DNA of 26,348 bases from a virus. Its lineage: Duplodnaviria; Caudoviricetes. Of the stretch, positions 15,708 to 25,010 are shown one piece after another. A program made the position numbers and the translations under genes. Each line of letters opens with the position of its first letter. The first letter of the stretch is position 1. The notes beneath the pieces are model-generated. The model was not told the DNA's origin and made no database searches. It worked only from the letters and a program-made list of their open reading frames with translations. The DNA is taken from positions 1 through 26,348 of IMG/VR virus record IMGVR_UViG_3300003431_000008; one strand, given 5' to 3'.

Positions 15708-16168
15708 GAGCATTTTACCAGGCAATAGAATATATTAAGAGTACGTTGGAAAGCGCGCCTCTTTTAAATACAATCACTCACGGGACAGACATAATTGACA
15801 ATGTTAAAAAAAATATTTTTCCGCTTGCTCATATTAATATCCTCAGCTCTTCGATTAATAACGGAGTTGTCAATTTTACTTTCGAGGTGGCTGTTGTTGA
15901 CATTCGTAATATGTCAAAGATAAACGCAAACGATAAATTTCTAGGGAACGATAACGAACTCGACAACCTTAACACGTGTCACGCAATCCTCAATTATATG
16001 ATTACTCAAATGAGATTGCAAAGAGGTGACGACGATATTGAATTGCAAAACGATCCGACTTTACAGCCTATCCTTTTAGCGTTTACAAATGCGCTTGACG
16101 GTTGGAAATGTGATATTGAGATAAGCGTTCCAAATAACGATTTTACTATTTGTAACTTTGGAGACTAA
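15704..16168 (+). CDS. putative tail terminator/completion protein
   Basis: 154 aa, IFPLAHI, beta-rich, GW near C-terminus; position and size. Confidence 0.5.
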   Translation: MRAFYQAIEYIKSTLESAPLLNTITHGTDIIDNVKKNIFPLAHINILSSSINNGVVNFTFEVAVVDIRNMSKINANDKFLGNDNELDNLNTCHAILNYMITQMRLQRGDDDIELQNDPTLQPILLAFTNALDGWKCDIEISVPNNDFTICNFGD

Positions 16169-16682
16169 AAACGTACAGCAAGCCCTCAACGAGTTCGGTG
16201 CGTCCGTAATCGAGAGAGCGAGACAGAATTTAAAAACCGGAGGGCGCTATGGAACTCACAACGCATCCGGAGCATTATCAAAGTCCTTAGATTACAAAGC
16301 AAAAGAAAATAAAAATTCGATTGAGTTTGACTTTTACGCTGAGAGTTATTGGAAGGAGTTGGACTTTGGAACGAAAGGGAGCGAGTCAAGTGCAAAAGCG
16401 CCGAACTCTCCATATAAAGCGAACGCCTCGAGGAGCGCGATTGATAAGTGGGTAATTAGAAAAGGCATTCAGGGAGTGAGAGGCGCCGGAGGTCAATTTG
16501 CAAATCGTAAATTAATGGTGACGTCAATAACAAACTCGATAAATAGAACGGGAACTTATGAGACGAGATTTTTTAGAAATGCCTTTGATAATGAGTATAA
16601 AGATTTTGATAATAATATAGTTGAAAAATACGGCTTGGATTTGGAGTCGTTTTTAAATTTCACTTTAAAAGATAATTTATAA
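16158..16682 (+). CDS. putative neck/tail completion protein (HK97 gp10-like)
   Basis: ASGALSKSL, Y...DFGTKG, KWVIRKGI, TRFFRNAF pattern; TTG start. Confidence 0.55.
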   Translation: METKNVQQALNEFGASVIERARQNLKTGGRYGTHNASGALSKSLDYKAKENKNSIEFDFYAESYWKELDFGTKGSESSAKAPNSPYKANASRSAIDKWVIRKGIQGVRGAGGQFANRKLMVTSITNSINRTGTYETRFFRNAFDNEYKDFDNNIVEKYGLDLESFLNFTLKDNL

Positions 16683-17797
16683 TGAAAATAGTTGAAGTAA
16701 GGAGTCCCTTTGTAATTCAAATAAATGAGGCGACACAGTTAGGATCTAAAATTGAGATATTCATTTGGAATAAAGGAACAACTGAGCCAACGACTCCGAC
16801 ATATACCTTAAGCAAACCTATTCCAACGGTTAACCAAAGATTGACGTCTTATAACGTCTCAAATTTTGTCAAAGAATATATCGATAATATTGCGCCAACC
16901 TATGTAAATTATCCGGCCAATAATGAAAGCGTTATTAATTACGCTTTTTTTAGAGTGAAACGCTATTGGGATAACGCTGGAGTTTATACATTATTGGACT
17001 CAACCGTTTACGTTGGGGTAAATGGTTTCACTAATTATATGGACGGATTGCAAACCGCAGACGATACTCGAGTAAAATTGTTATTTAACCCACTTATTAA
17101 AAATAACTATCAAATAAAAAGCTCTTATCCGGTTGACACAATCCAATATTTAAACGTTTTGGCTGAGTTTGACGATATTAATGACACGTTGACAATTGAG
17201 TACGAAAAAATTGGAGGAGGTTACACGGCTCCGGTATATTTTGACGGAGCAACTACAGGCGTTTTGCTTTTTAAAGTGCCTATCTCTTTGGCTAAATTAG
17301 ATAATAATTTTGTGGACGGGTGCAAAATTAAAATTACATATTATCATGACGTCCCAGGAACGACGACTGTCTTTGATAATATTTTTACCTATCCAATATG
17401 CGAGCCAAAATATACGCCGGTACTTTGTGATTTTATTAATCGTCACGGAGGTTGGCAGACCTTAACATTTTACAAAGCTCAGACTAATAGCATAACAGCA
17501 AAAAGCGACGATTACAAATTGATGCCAAACGAAGTCAATTATAATCCACTTAGAGGACAGAGCAAATCATTTAATTTTAGAGGAACTCAAAACGTGACTT
17601 TAAATACTGGCTGGGTTGACGAGAATTATAGCGAGTTAATAACGGACTTACTTTTAAGCGAGACGATTTTATTAGACCGTAAACCGGCAAGCCTAAAAAC
17701 GCAAAGCTCTGAATTAAAAACTAAATTAAAAAATAGAGTTATCAATTATACTATGGAGTTTGAATATAATTTCAATTTAATTAACGACGTTATATGA
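16682..17797 (+). CDS. virion tail protein
   Basis: 371 aa beta-rich; C-terminal CEPKYTP...FINRHGGW...LNTGWV...LLLSE block; within tail operon. Confidence 0.55.
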   Translation: MKIVEVRSPFVIQINEATQLGSKIEIFIWNKGTTEPTTPTYTLSKPIPTVNQRLTSYNVSNFVKEYIDNIAPTYVNYPANNESVINYAFFRVKRYWDNAGVYTLLDSTVYVGVNGFTNYMDGLQTADDTRVKLLFNPLIKNNYQIKSSYPVDTIQYLNVLAEFDDINDTLTIEYEKIGGGYTAPVYFDGATTGVLLFKVPISLAKLDNNFVDGCKIKITYYHDVPGTTTVFDNIFTYPICEPKYTPVLCDFINRHGGWQTLTFYKAQTNSITAKSDDYKLMPNEVNYNPLRGQSKSFNFRGTQNVTLNTGWVDENYSELITDLLLSETILLDRKPASLKTQSSELKTKLKNRVINYTMEFEYNFNLINDVI

Positions 17798-19956
17798 TTT
17801 TAAATTTAGCTTTATTTTTAGAGACAAATCAATTATTCGATAGGACTCCGGATCTTATAACTTCATTCAGTAATAGAGTAAATACCGACCGAGGTATTTA
17901 TGAGGCCAATAGTTGCTTAAGTACTTTGTTATATTCGTTAGGAGGTACTGAGTCACTTGGCAATATTTATCAAAGGACGGATTTATTTAACGATGAGACT
18001 ATCTCAATCACTCAAGTGATCCAAGACGTTAAAGATATTGGCCTAATTTTTACGAATTTTACAAAGACATTCACGTTACCGGCAACCGATGAGAATAATA
18101 GACTCTTTAAACACTATTATAATTATGATATTGACGGAGGATTTGATGCGAGAGTTAAGATAAACGCCTATATTGAGATTGATGCCAACCGATTTAACAG
18201 CGGAAAGGTTAAACTTGAGGGCGTTGAAATGAAAAATAACCAGCCTTATGCCTATAAGATTACGTATTATGGCGATACGGTTAACCTAAAAGACGTTATC
18301 GGAGAGGATAAATTGAACGCTTTGCCTTTGTCAAGCTATAATTTGACTTATAATAATACAACGGTTAAGTCAAAATTCCAATCCAACCCAGCGACGACGG
18401 ATATTATCGCGCCTTTTATCTCGCACACAAACCGATATTTTTATGACAGCTCAAGCGGACACGGAAATGAGCCTCATAATTTACATTATGATACTGGCGG
18501 AGGACACAATCACGGACTATTGTGGAATGACTTAAAATATGCTATTCGATTGGATGCAATTATCCAAGCGATTGGCGTTCAATACGGGTTGACTTTTAGC
18601 AATGATTTTTTTAGTAGTTCAAATTTAGACTACTATAATTTATTTATGTGGTTGCACAGAAGTAAAGGCGCAGTCCAAGGAATTGAAACCGGGACTTTGC
18701 CTCCGAGCTTAATTTCAACGTGGGACTTTTTTGGAAGTACAACTGAGTTAAGCGTTGGCTCTGAGTTTGACTCAGTTGCTCAATTTAGTATAACAACTTC
18801 CTCAACAACTGACTATCGATTTTCTATTTTTAGAAATGGAGCTTTATATTGGCAAAGCAATACTTTAAACGGAAGTCAGTCAAGTGTAGCAATGCCAAAT
18901 TTAAGCGAGCCGGGTGTTTATCAATTTTTTATTCAAAGTCAGGTCGTTATTACTATTGATTTGGTTAGGATTAATTTAGGCTCTTTGGTTGACGACGGAG
19001 CCGGAGGAACTGAGACGAGATACACAACTTACGAGGCGACAACTTTTAACACAAATGCGACATTCATTTTTGATATTGCTCAGCAAATTCCGGAAATTAA
19101 AGTTATCGATTTTTTAAGCGGTATTTTTAAAATGTTTAATTTGACGGCTTACGTTGAAAATGGAATTACAGTTGTCAAAACTTTAAACGATTTTTATAAT
19201 ACCGGAGACGTTTACGACATAACTGAATATATAAAAGTTGACAGCAATACCGTGAACGTTGCCTTACCATTTAAACAGATTGAGTTCGGATACGAAGACA
19301 CAAAAACTTTACTCGCATTAAAACACGCTCAGCAATTTAACTACGATTGGGCTAAGGAGATTTATAACGAGTTACCGGAAATTGAGGGAGGTATTTACAA
19401 AGTGACTCTTCCGTTTTCTCATTTTAAATATGAGAGATTATTCGACGTAAATGGAGGAACAACTCCTTTGAATATTCAGTGGGGATATTCAGCAAACGAC
19501 AACTTTAATTCCGCGACTGGGAATTATGAGGCGGCCTTAGGGAAACCTCTTTTATTTTATCCGATATTAGTAACCGGAGTTTCAAATTTTTCATGGAGGC
19601 CGACAACGTCAAGTCACGAAAATATCACGTCCTATATTGCGCCGTCAAACTCTCGGAGTTTTGATCCAAACGTAAGTAAGTCAAATATTAATTTTAAGGC
19701 TGAGCTTAACGAGTGGACTTTTGGAAATAATTTCACGGACACTTTATTTTTAAAATACTATCAGGATTACATTATGCAAGTTTTTAATCCTAAAAATAGA
19801 CTAACGAAAATCAAAGCGATTTTGCCTTTGAGTATTCTATTAAATTTTGAATTAAATGATAGGTTTAAAATTGTGGATCGAGTATTTAGAATAAATAAAA
19901 TAACAACTAACTTAACAACCGGAGAGAGCGACATGGAACTCTTAAACGAATTATGA
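17794..19956 (+). CDS. virion tail (baseplate hub-like) protein
   Basis: 720 aa; DLFNDETISIT...FTKTFTLPA...N..F N-terminal motif, IDFLSGIFKMFNL, C-terminal RINKITTNLTTGES.MELLN. Confidence 0.6.
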   Translation: MILNLALFLETNQLFDRTPDLITSFSNRVNTDRGIYEANSCLSTLLYSLGGTESLGNIYQRTDLFNDETISITQVIQDVKDIGLIFTNFTKTFTLPATDENNRLFKHYYNYDIDGGFDARVKINAYIEIDANRFNSGKVKLEGVEMKNNQPYAYKITYYGDTVNLKDVIGEDKLNALPLSSYNLTYNNTTVKSKFQSNPATTDIIAPFISHTNRYFYDSSSGHGNEPHNLHYDTGGGHNHGLLWNDLKYAIRLDAIIQAIGVQYGLTFSNDFFSSSNLDYYNLFMWLHRSKGAVQGIETGTLPPSLISTWDFFGSTTELSVGSEFDSVAQFSITTSSTTDYRFSIFRNGALYWQSNTLNGSQSSVAMPNLSEPGVYQFFIQSQVVITIDLVRINLGSLVDDGAGGTETRYTTYEATTFNTNATFIFDIAQQIPEIKVIDFLSGIFKMFNLTAYVENGITVVKTLNDFYNTGDVYDITEYIKVDSNTVNVALPFKQIEFGYEDTKTLLALKHAQQFNYDWAKEIYNELPEIEGGIYKVTLPFSHFKYERLFDVNGGTTPLNIQWGYSANDNFNSATGNYEAALGKPLLFYPILVTGVSNFSWRPTTSSHENITSYIAPSNSRSFDPNVSKSNINFKAELNEWTFGNNFTDTLFLKYYQDYIMQVFNPKNRLTKIKAILPLSILLNFELNDRFKIVDRVFRINKITTNLTTGESDMELLNEL

Positions 19957-20099
19957 TAAATAACATTTTAGAAATGCTTAAACACGCTGAGCAATACGAA
20001 TATAATGAAATAATAGCAAGCGCCAAAGGAAAATTTGAACTTAAAAAAAACTATTTACAACAATTTAAAGACTTATTAAAATGGCGATTGAAAAAATAA
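19953..20099 (+). CDS. small protein (48 aa) upstream of tape measure, not in ORF track
   Basis: MINNILEMLKHAEQYEYNEIIASAKGKFELKKNYLQQFKDLLKWRLKK; ATGA coupling; fills the gap. Confidence 0.6.
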   Translation: MINNILEMLKHAEQYEYNEIIASAKGKFELKKNYLQQFKDLLKWRLKK

Positions 20100-22090
20100 T
20101 TGATATAAACATTCAAAGTAACGCCGACGAAAAGGTTGGAAGTTTACGCTCACAATTAAGAGAGGCTCAGGCTGACGTCGCCGCCTTATCCGATAAGTTT
20201 GGAGTTACTTCAAAAGAGGCGACAGAGGCAGCAAAAAGAGCGGCCGAATTAAAAGATAGGATTGGAGATGCCAAAGCCTTAACGGATGCCTTTAATCCGG
20301 ATGCTAAATTTAAGGCGTTGAGTTCCTCGTTGGCTGGAGTTGCCGGAGGTTTCGCAGTTGTTCAAGGTAGTATGGCCTTATTTGGAACGCAATCCAAAGA
20401 GGTAGAGCAAACGCTTTTAAAAGTTCAAAGCGCAATGGCCTTATCTCAAGGGTTGCAAACGATTGGAGAGAGCGTTGACTCGTTTAAACAATTGGCAGCC
20501 GTTGCGAAATCATACACAATAGTCCAAAAATTAGTCACAGCAGGTCAATGGTTATGGAATACCGCTATAATGGCAAACCCGATAGGGGCGATTGTGGCCG
20601 GTGTGGTTGCTTTAATTGCTGCGGGGGTTGCGTTAGTTAGTTATTTTAAGTCAAGCTCAGAGGCAGCCGCTAAAAATACGGCGGCCGTTGACGCAAATAA
20701 AAAGGCAATCGATAGCCAAAGCAAAAGTTTAGACAGAAACTCGAGCGAATTACAGAAAAAACAAAGTCAAGAGCTAGCAATGGCGAAAGCGTCCGGAGCG
20801 AGTGCGGAGTCAATTAGAAAATTAGAGTTAAAATTGGCCGACGAGAAAATCGCTTATGAGAAATCGGCTCGAGCAATTGCTTATAATACCTACGAAAAAA
20901 ATAAAAATTACTTAGCCTCTTTAAAAGCTGCGGACGCAGACGAGGAGATAATTAAAAAACAAACTGAGTTAACAAACGAGTCAGTTAAGCAAGTTAATAA
21001 ACAAAACGACAATTTAAAAAAGGCATACGACGAAAAAAAGGACATTCAAAATCGTCACCAGGTTGAAATTAGACAATCACAAACCAACCACAATAAAGAG
21101 GTATCCGATAAAACCAAAGAGGCAAATAACAAAGCGAGAGACGAGGCAAAAGAGGCAGCAAAGAAAAAAGAAGACGAGGAAAAAGCGGCTTTGAAAAAAA
21201 TTGCTGACGACAAACTCGCGGCCGATATGGACTCGGCTAAAAAGGCAATGGAGATTTTGGAGGGATTAAAACCAAAAGAGACTCCAGCCGAAAAAGAAAA
21301 TAGAGAATACCAAGAGAAACTCGCAATTTTAAGAGCGAATAATTTATCTACTGAGGAATTAACTCGCCAGCATTTAGAGAGTTTAAAGAAAATTGACGAC
21401 GACATAAGACTAAAAGCCGACGAGAAAAAAGCGACTGAGTTAGAAAAAACCATTAACGATCAAACCGCAACTTTTGACGCGAGACGTGAGGCAGTGGACG
21501 CGGAACAAGCGCTATTCCAAAAGCAACTTGACGACAAAGTAATTACAGAGGAGCAATTTAATGAGAAGACAAAAACCTTATCAAATGCGAGAGTAAATAT
21601 TGATAAGGCTGAGGCTCAAGCAAAACAAGCCCTATTCGCAAAGACCTCCGACACGTTAAACAAAGGAGCGGATTTATTGGGTAAAAATACCGCAGCCGGA
21701 AAGGCAATGGCAGCCGCCGCCGCTTTAATAAATACCTACCAAGGTATAACGGCCGAGCTTGCAACCAAAACCGTTACCCCTTTTGAAATTGGATTGAAAA
21801 TTGCCAACGTTGCTATAATCGCAGCGACAGGATTTAAAGCGGTACAGGATATCGTATCAGTTCAAATTCCTGGCGGAGGTGGTGGCGGTGGAGGTAGCGC
21901 TCCGAGTGGAGGTAGCGCTCCGAGTATGACTGCACCAAGTTTCAACACAGTTGGATCGAGTTCAACAAACCAACTCGCTCAGACAATCGGACAGCAAACT
22001 CAAACGCCTCAAAGGAGTTATGTCGTAGCGTCGGACGTAAGTACAGCTCAGGCAATGGATAGGAATATTATATCAAACGCGTCGATTTAA
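20081..22090 (+). CDS. tail tape measure protein
   Basis: 669 aa Ala/Lys/Glu-rich coiled coil, ANPIGAIVAGVVALIAAGVAL hydrophobic motif, Gly/Ser linker near C-terminus. Confidence 0.85.
   Translation: MAIEKIIDINIQSNADEKVGSLRSQLREAQADVAALSDKFGVTSKEATEAAKRAAELKDRIGDAKALTDAFNPDAKFKALSSSLAGVAGGFAVVQGSMALFGTQSKEVEQTLLKVQSAMALSQGLQTIGESVDSFKQLAAVAKSYTIVQKLVTAGQWLWNTAIMANPIGAIVAGVVALIAAGVALVSYFKSSSEAAAKNTAAVDANKKAIDSQSKSLDRNSSELQKKQSQELAMAKASGASAESIRKLELKLADEKIAYEKSARAIAYNTYEKNKNYLASLKAADADEEIIKKQTELTNESVKQVNKQNDNLKKAYDEKKDIQNRHQVEIRQSQTNHNKEVSDKTKEANNKARDEAKEAAKKKEDEEKAALKKIADDKLAADMDSAKKAMEILEGLKPKETPAEKENREYQEKLAILRANNLSTEELTRQHLESLKKIDDDIRLKADEKKATELEKTINDQTATFDARREAVDAEQALFQKQLDDKVITEEQFNEKTKTLSNARVNIDKAEAQAKQALFAKTSDTLNKGADLLGKNTAAGKAMAAAAALINTYQGITAELATKTVTPFEIGLKIANVAIIAATGFKAVQDIVSVQIPGGGGGGGGSAPSGGSAPSMTAPSFNTVGSSSTNQLAQTIGQQTQTPQRSYVVASDVSTAQAMDRNIISNASI
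21890..21925 (+). repeat. 18-bp perfect tandem duplication (GGSAPS x2) in tape measure linker
   Basis: GGAGGTAGCGCTCCGAGT twice, following a poly-Gly run. Confidence 0.9.
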
Positions 22091-22267
22091 AATAAATAAA
22101 ATCTATTATAAAAATATTTACAATAGATAAAATCTTGAGCTGTGAGATATTGAATTTAAAAGGATTTTGCGTTAAATTGAAAAACTTTAAAAAGTCAATA
22201 CAATATACATAAAGTCCTTTTAATTAAAATAAACGATTAAAAACCGCCTTAGAATTAATGATAAATA

Positions 22268-22287
22268 TTTAAGGTTTAAACCTTAAA
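22268..22287. repeat. perfect 20-bp palindrome
   Basis: TTTAAGGTTTAAACCTTAAA, 18 bp upstream of late promoter copy 3. Confidence 0.85.
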
Positions 22288-22305
22288 AATGAAAAAAAGT
22301 TTATA

Positions 22306-22329
22306 ACAAAATAACAAATTAAAGTTATA
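22306..22329 (+). promoter_or_regulatory. candidate phage late promoter copy 3
   Basis: ACAAAA TAACAAATTAA AGTTATA, 5 nt before ATG 22335. Confidence 0.7.
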
Positions 22330-22334
22330 GTATT

Positions 22335-23432
22335 ATGGAGACTTACAAAGTTTTATTTAACGAAGAGGAAAACGAGGGAGTTTATGCAATCTCGTTAGTT
22401 AGTGATCCGGCAATTGAAGTGCAATTTGTAACCTTATCAAAACAAAAGGAAATCAAATTAGCTACAATAAACGAGGAGCAAAGAATTTTATTAGGTGCGG
22501 TATTAATACCAGACCAGCCAATTTATAGAGTACAAGACGGACACGAATTTAATATCGTATTCCCAAAAGAAACGATAAAACAAGTTCAACAAAATTTCAG
22601 TAGTCAAGGATATCAGAACAACTCAACTATTGAACACTCAGGAAAGCAAATTGAAAACGTGACATTTGTTGAAACTTGGATAAAAGAGGATGAGGTACAT
22701 GATAAGTCTGTAATGCACGGATTTAATGAGCCGATCGGGACTTGGTATGCTGCAATGAAAGTCAACAATGACGAGATTTGGAACGACTACGTAAAGACTG
22801 GCAAAGTCAAAGGATTTTCGATTGACGGAGTCTTTGACATGGAGAAAGTAAATTTAAAAACAGAAATCAATATGAATTTAGAGAGTATCGTTAACGCGAT
22901 AAAAGACGGTTTCGCGTCGGTAAAATTAACGAGCGAAGTTGAGCAAGTTGAAGCGGTTGAAATTACAATGGCTACAATGATGCTAAAAGATGGTGTTACT
23001 ATTTTAGAGGCTGAGTCTTTTGAGGCTGGGCAAGCGGTTTTTATCGTTGCTGAAAATGGTGACAAAGTTGCTGCTCCAATTGGTGAGCATGAACTTGAAG
23101 ACGGACGTATTTTAGTAATCACCGAAGAGGGAATGATTGCTGAAATTAAAGAGGCAATGGTTGAAGAGGAAACTCCAGAGGCTGAGGTTGAGGTTGAGGT
23201 TGAAATGACAACAGAGGAAATGATAAAAGCTATCGTTACCAATATGAGCGTTGAAGTTTCAAAACAAATCGAGGCTATTAGAACAGAGTTAAGCGCTCAG
23301 ATTGCTGAGGTTAAAACTACTCAAGTTGAAGTGAAAGCGTCAACAAAAGCTAAGCCGGAAGTTGCTCAAACTTCACCAAAAAATGTGAAACTAACTAGAT
23401 CACAAAAAATATTAAATAACTTAAAAAATTAA
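22335..23432 (+). CDS. prohead protease (XkdF-like serine protease) fused to acidic scaffolding domain
   Basis: AISLVSDPAIE, GAVLIPD, STIEH, VETW, GTW...MKV, VKGFSIDG; C-terminal half APIGEHELEDGRILVI and Glu-rich coiled coil; directly before capsid. Confidence 0.8.
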   Translation: METYKVLFNEEENEGVYAISLVSDPAIEVQFVTLSKQKEIKLATINEEQRILLGAVLIPDQPIYRVQDGHEFNIVFPKETIKQVQQNFSSQGYQNNSTIEHSGKQIENVTFVETWIKEDEVHDKSVMHGFNEPIGTWYAAMKVNNDEIWNDYVKTGKVKGFSIDGVFDMEKVNLKTEINMNLESIVNAIKDGFASVKLTSEVEQVEAVEITMATMMLKDGVTILEAESFEAGQAVFIVAENGDKVAAPIGEHELEDGRILVITEEGMIAEIKEAMVEEETPEAEVEVEVEMTTEEMIKAIVTNMSVEVSKQIEAIRTELSAQIAEVKTTQVEVKASTKAKPEVAQTSPKNVKLTRSQKILNNLKN

Positions 23433-23442
23433 ATTTTAAAAA

Positions 23443-24342
23443 ATGGCTACAACTACAACTGTATCATCAAACTACAACGGAACTGCTGCCGGTATGATTA
23501 TCGGTCAAGCGTTCAAAACTATTGACACTATTGAAAAAAACGCGGTTACTATCGCTGAAAATGTAAACTTCAAATTGTCACTAAGAAAAATCGCTTACAC
23601 AGACGGAACAACTGCATACACTTGCGGATTTGCACCAGCTGGAACTATCGTTTTAAACGAAAACACAATTGAGCCTTTCAAATTCAAAAATGATTTTGAC
23701 GTTTGTAAAGAAGATTTCAGACAGACTTGGTCTGACGGAATTATGGGCGCTGGAGCTGCTAACGGAACAGCACCAAGCGATATAATGGACGCTATCCAAG
23801 CGGAAGTTTTAGGGGCTATCGGTGAAAAATTAGAGACTGACATGTGGCAATCGTCTACAAACTTTGACGGTTTCTTAACTTTATTCGCTGACGATGCTGA
23901 CGTTAACAAGCCAACTGCAGACGCTGCGGTTACTGAGGCAAACGTATTGCCTAAATATTTGAAACCAGCTTTAAACGCTGTGCCAATTGCTTTGAGAAAT
24001 AAAGAGTTAATCGTTGCGGTTTCTCCAGACGTTGCTCAAGCATACGCTTTTTACTTATCTACACAAGGTATCACTTACGGAAATGGAAACTCAGATTTTC
24101 CTTTGGCGTTTGGACGTCACACGTTAACTGTATTGAACGGTTTACCAGCTAACTCAGTAGTTATCTACGAGCGTAAAAACTTAGTTTTTGCAACTGGATT
24201 AACTGCAGACTTCAACCAAGTTGCACTTGTTGACGAAGACGAAATCGGTTTATTGACTGGTAAAGTAAGAGGGAAAGTTGTTTACGCTGTAGGTGTTGGA
24301 TATTACAACGCTGAGGAGATCGTTTGGTTATCTTTAGACTAA
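23443..24342 (+). CDS. major capsid protein
   Basis: 299 aa after protease/scaffold; Y.G..AG..I, C.F...G, CKEDFRQTW, FDGF, NLVFATGL; strongly biased codon usage; terminator follows. Confidence 0.85.
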   Translation: MATTTTVSSNYNGTAAGMIIGQAFKTIDTIEKNAVTIAENVNFKLSLRKIAYTDGTTAYTCGFAPAGTIVLNENTIEPFKFKNDFDVCKEDFRQTWSDGIMGAGAANGTAPSDIMDAIQAEVLGAIGEKLETDMWQSSTNFDGFLTLFADDADVNKPTADAAVTEANVLPKYLKPALNAVPIALRNKELIVAVSPDVAQAYAFYLSTQGITYGNGNSDFPLAFGRHTLTVLNGLPANSVVIYERKNLVFATGLTADFNQVALVDEDEIGLLTGKVRGKVVYAVGVGYYNAEEIVWLSLD

Positions 24343-24357
24343 TTAATTAACACAAAT

Positions 24358-24383
24358 ACCGCTCATTAACTTGGGCGGTTTTT
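24358..24383 (+). terminator. intrinsic terminator after capsid gene
   Basis: ACCGCTCA-TTAACT-TGGGCGGT followed by T-run. Confidence 0.75.
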
Positions 24384-24403
24384 AATAAAAAAATCACAAA
24401 AAT

Positions 24404-24928
24404 ATGTCTTGTCTTATATCAAAAGGAAAACTTTTAGGATGCAAAGATCAAAGAGGTGGTTACAAAAATCTATACTTCGCTAACTACGAGGATTATGATT
24501 TTGTTATCGCAGCTCACCAGGTTACTGACTTGGGAACTTTGGACGAAGTTTTCAAATACGAAGTTAAAGCGACCACAAACACATTAACAGAAACCGGAAC
24601 AAGTTCACAGGATAACGGAACATTTTTAAACGCTCAATCGTTAGCGGTTACACTTCCAAAATTATCGGCTGACTTACAAGGTCAAATTCAATTGATTTGT
24701 GCGTCTCGTCCTTACGTTTTCGTAGAGGATTACAATGGAAATATTCTTTTAGTTGGTGCAGCTAACGGAACAATGGCAAACTGCACAAAAGTAACCGGAG
24801 GAGCTGGAGCGGATTTATCAGGATTCACTTTGACGATTACAGCTGAAGAGAGCAATTTAAGTCCATTTTTGGACTCAGCAACTAAGAGCGCATTATATGC
24901 CTTAGTTAGCAACGCGGTTGTTTCCTAA
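24404..24928 (+). CDS. putative major tail tube protein
   Basis: 174 aa, MSC.I.KG....CKDQRGG, NGT.F..Q.L...L.K, VEDYNG, G..NG, GFTLTITAEE; Thr/Gly-rich beta protein. Confidence 0.65.
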   Translation: MSCLISKGKLLGCKDQRGGYKNLYFANYEDYDFVIAAHQVTDLGTLDEVFKYEVKATTNTLTETGTSSQDNGTFLNAQSLAVTLPKLSADLQGQIQLICASRPYVFVEDYNGNILLVGAANGTMANCTKVTGGAGADLSGFTLTITAEESNLSPFLDSATKSALYALVSNAVVS

Positions 24929-24949
24929 TTTTTCTTTCATAGTTTGTTT

Positions 24950-24978
24950 AAAAAAAAGTCACTTCGGTGGCTTTTTTT
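24950..24978 (+). terminator. intrinsic terminator with C(UUCG)G tetraloop, possibly bidirectional
   Basis: A8-GTCAC-TTCG-GTGGC-T7. Confidence 0.88.
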
Positions 24979-24981
24979 GTT

Positions 24982-25005
24982 ACAAAACGATTTTTTTTAG
25001 TTATA
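24982..25005 (+). promoter_or_regulatory. candidate phage late promoter copy 4
   Basis: ACAAAA CGATTTTTTTT AGTTATA, 5 nt before ATG 25011. Confidence 0.7.
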
Positions 25006-25010
25006 TTAAT

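Noticed and set aside
20043-20068. A-AAA-AAC slippery heptamer in the small ORF before the tape measure, as a possible classical chaperone frameshift
   Set aside because: The -1 frame hits TAA within a few codons, before the tape measure start, so no fusion is produced
23178-23204. GAGGTT repeats (EAEVEVEVE)
   Set aside because: Low-complexity acidic linker of the scaffold domain, not a regulatory repeat
1451-24912. All minus-strand ORFs in the track (e.g. 1451-1711, 7084-7335, 21055-21453, 22787-23242, 23595-23909)
   Set aside because: They lie antisense to well-supported + strand genes, have shadow-like Ser/Phe/Leu-rich composition and no recognisable motif or promoter
24918-25010. N-terminal extension of ORF 24918..25319
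   Set aside because: Spans a terminator and the late promoter motif; ATG 25011 matches the 5-nt spacing of the other copies
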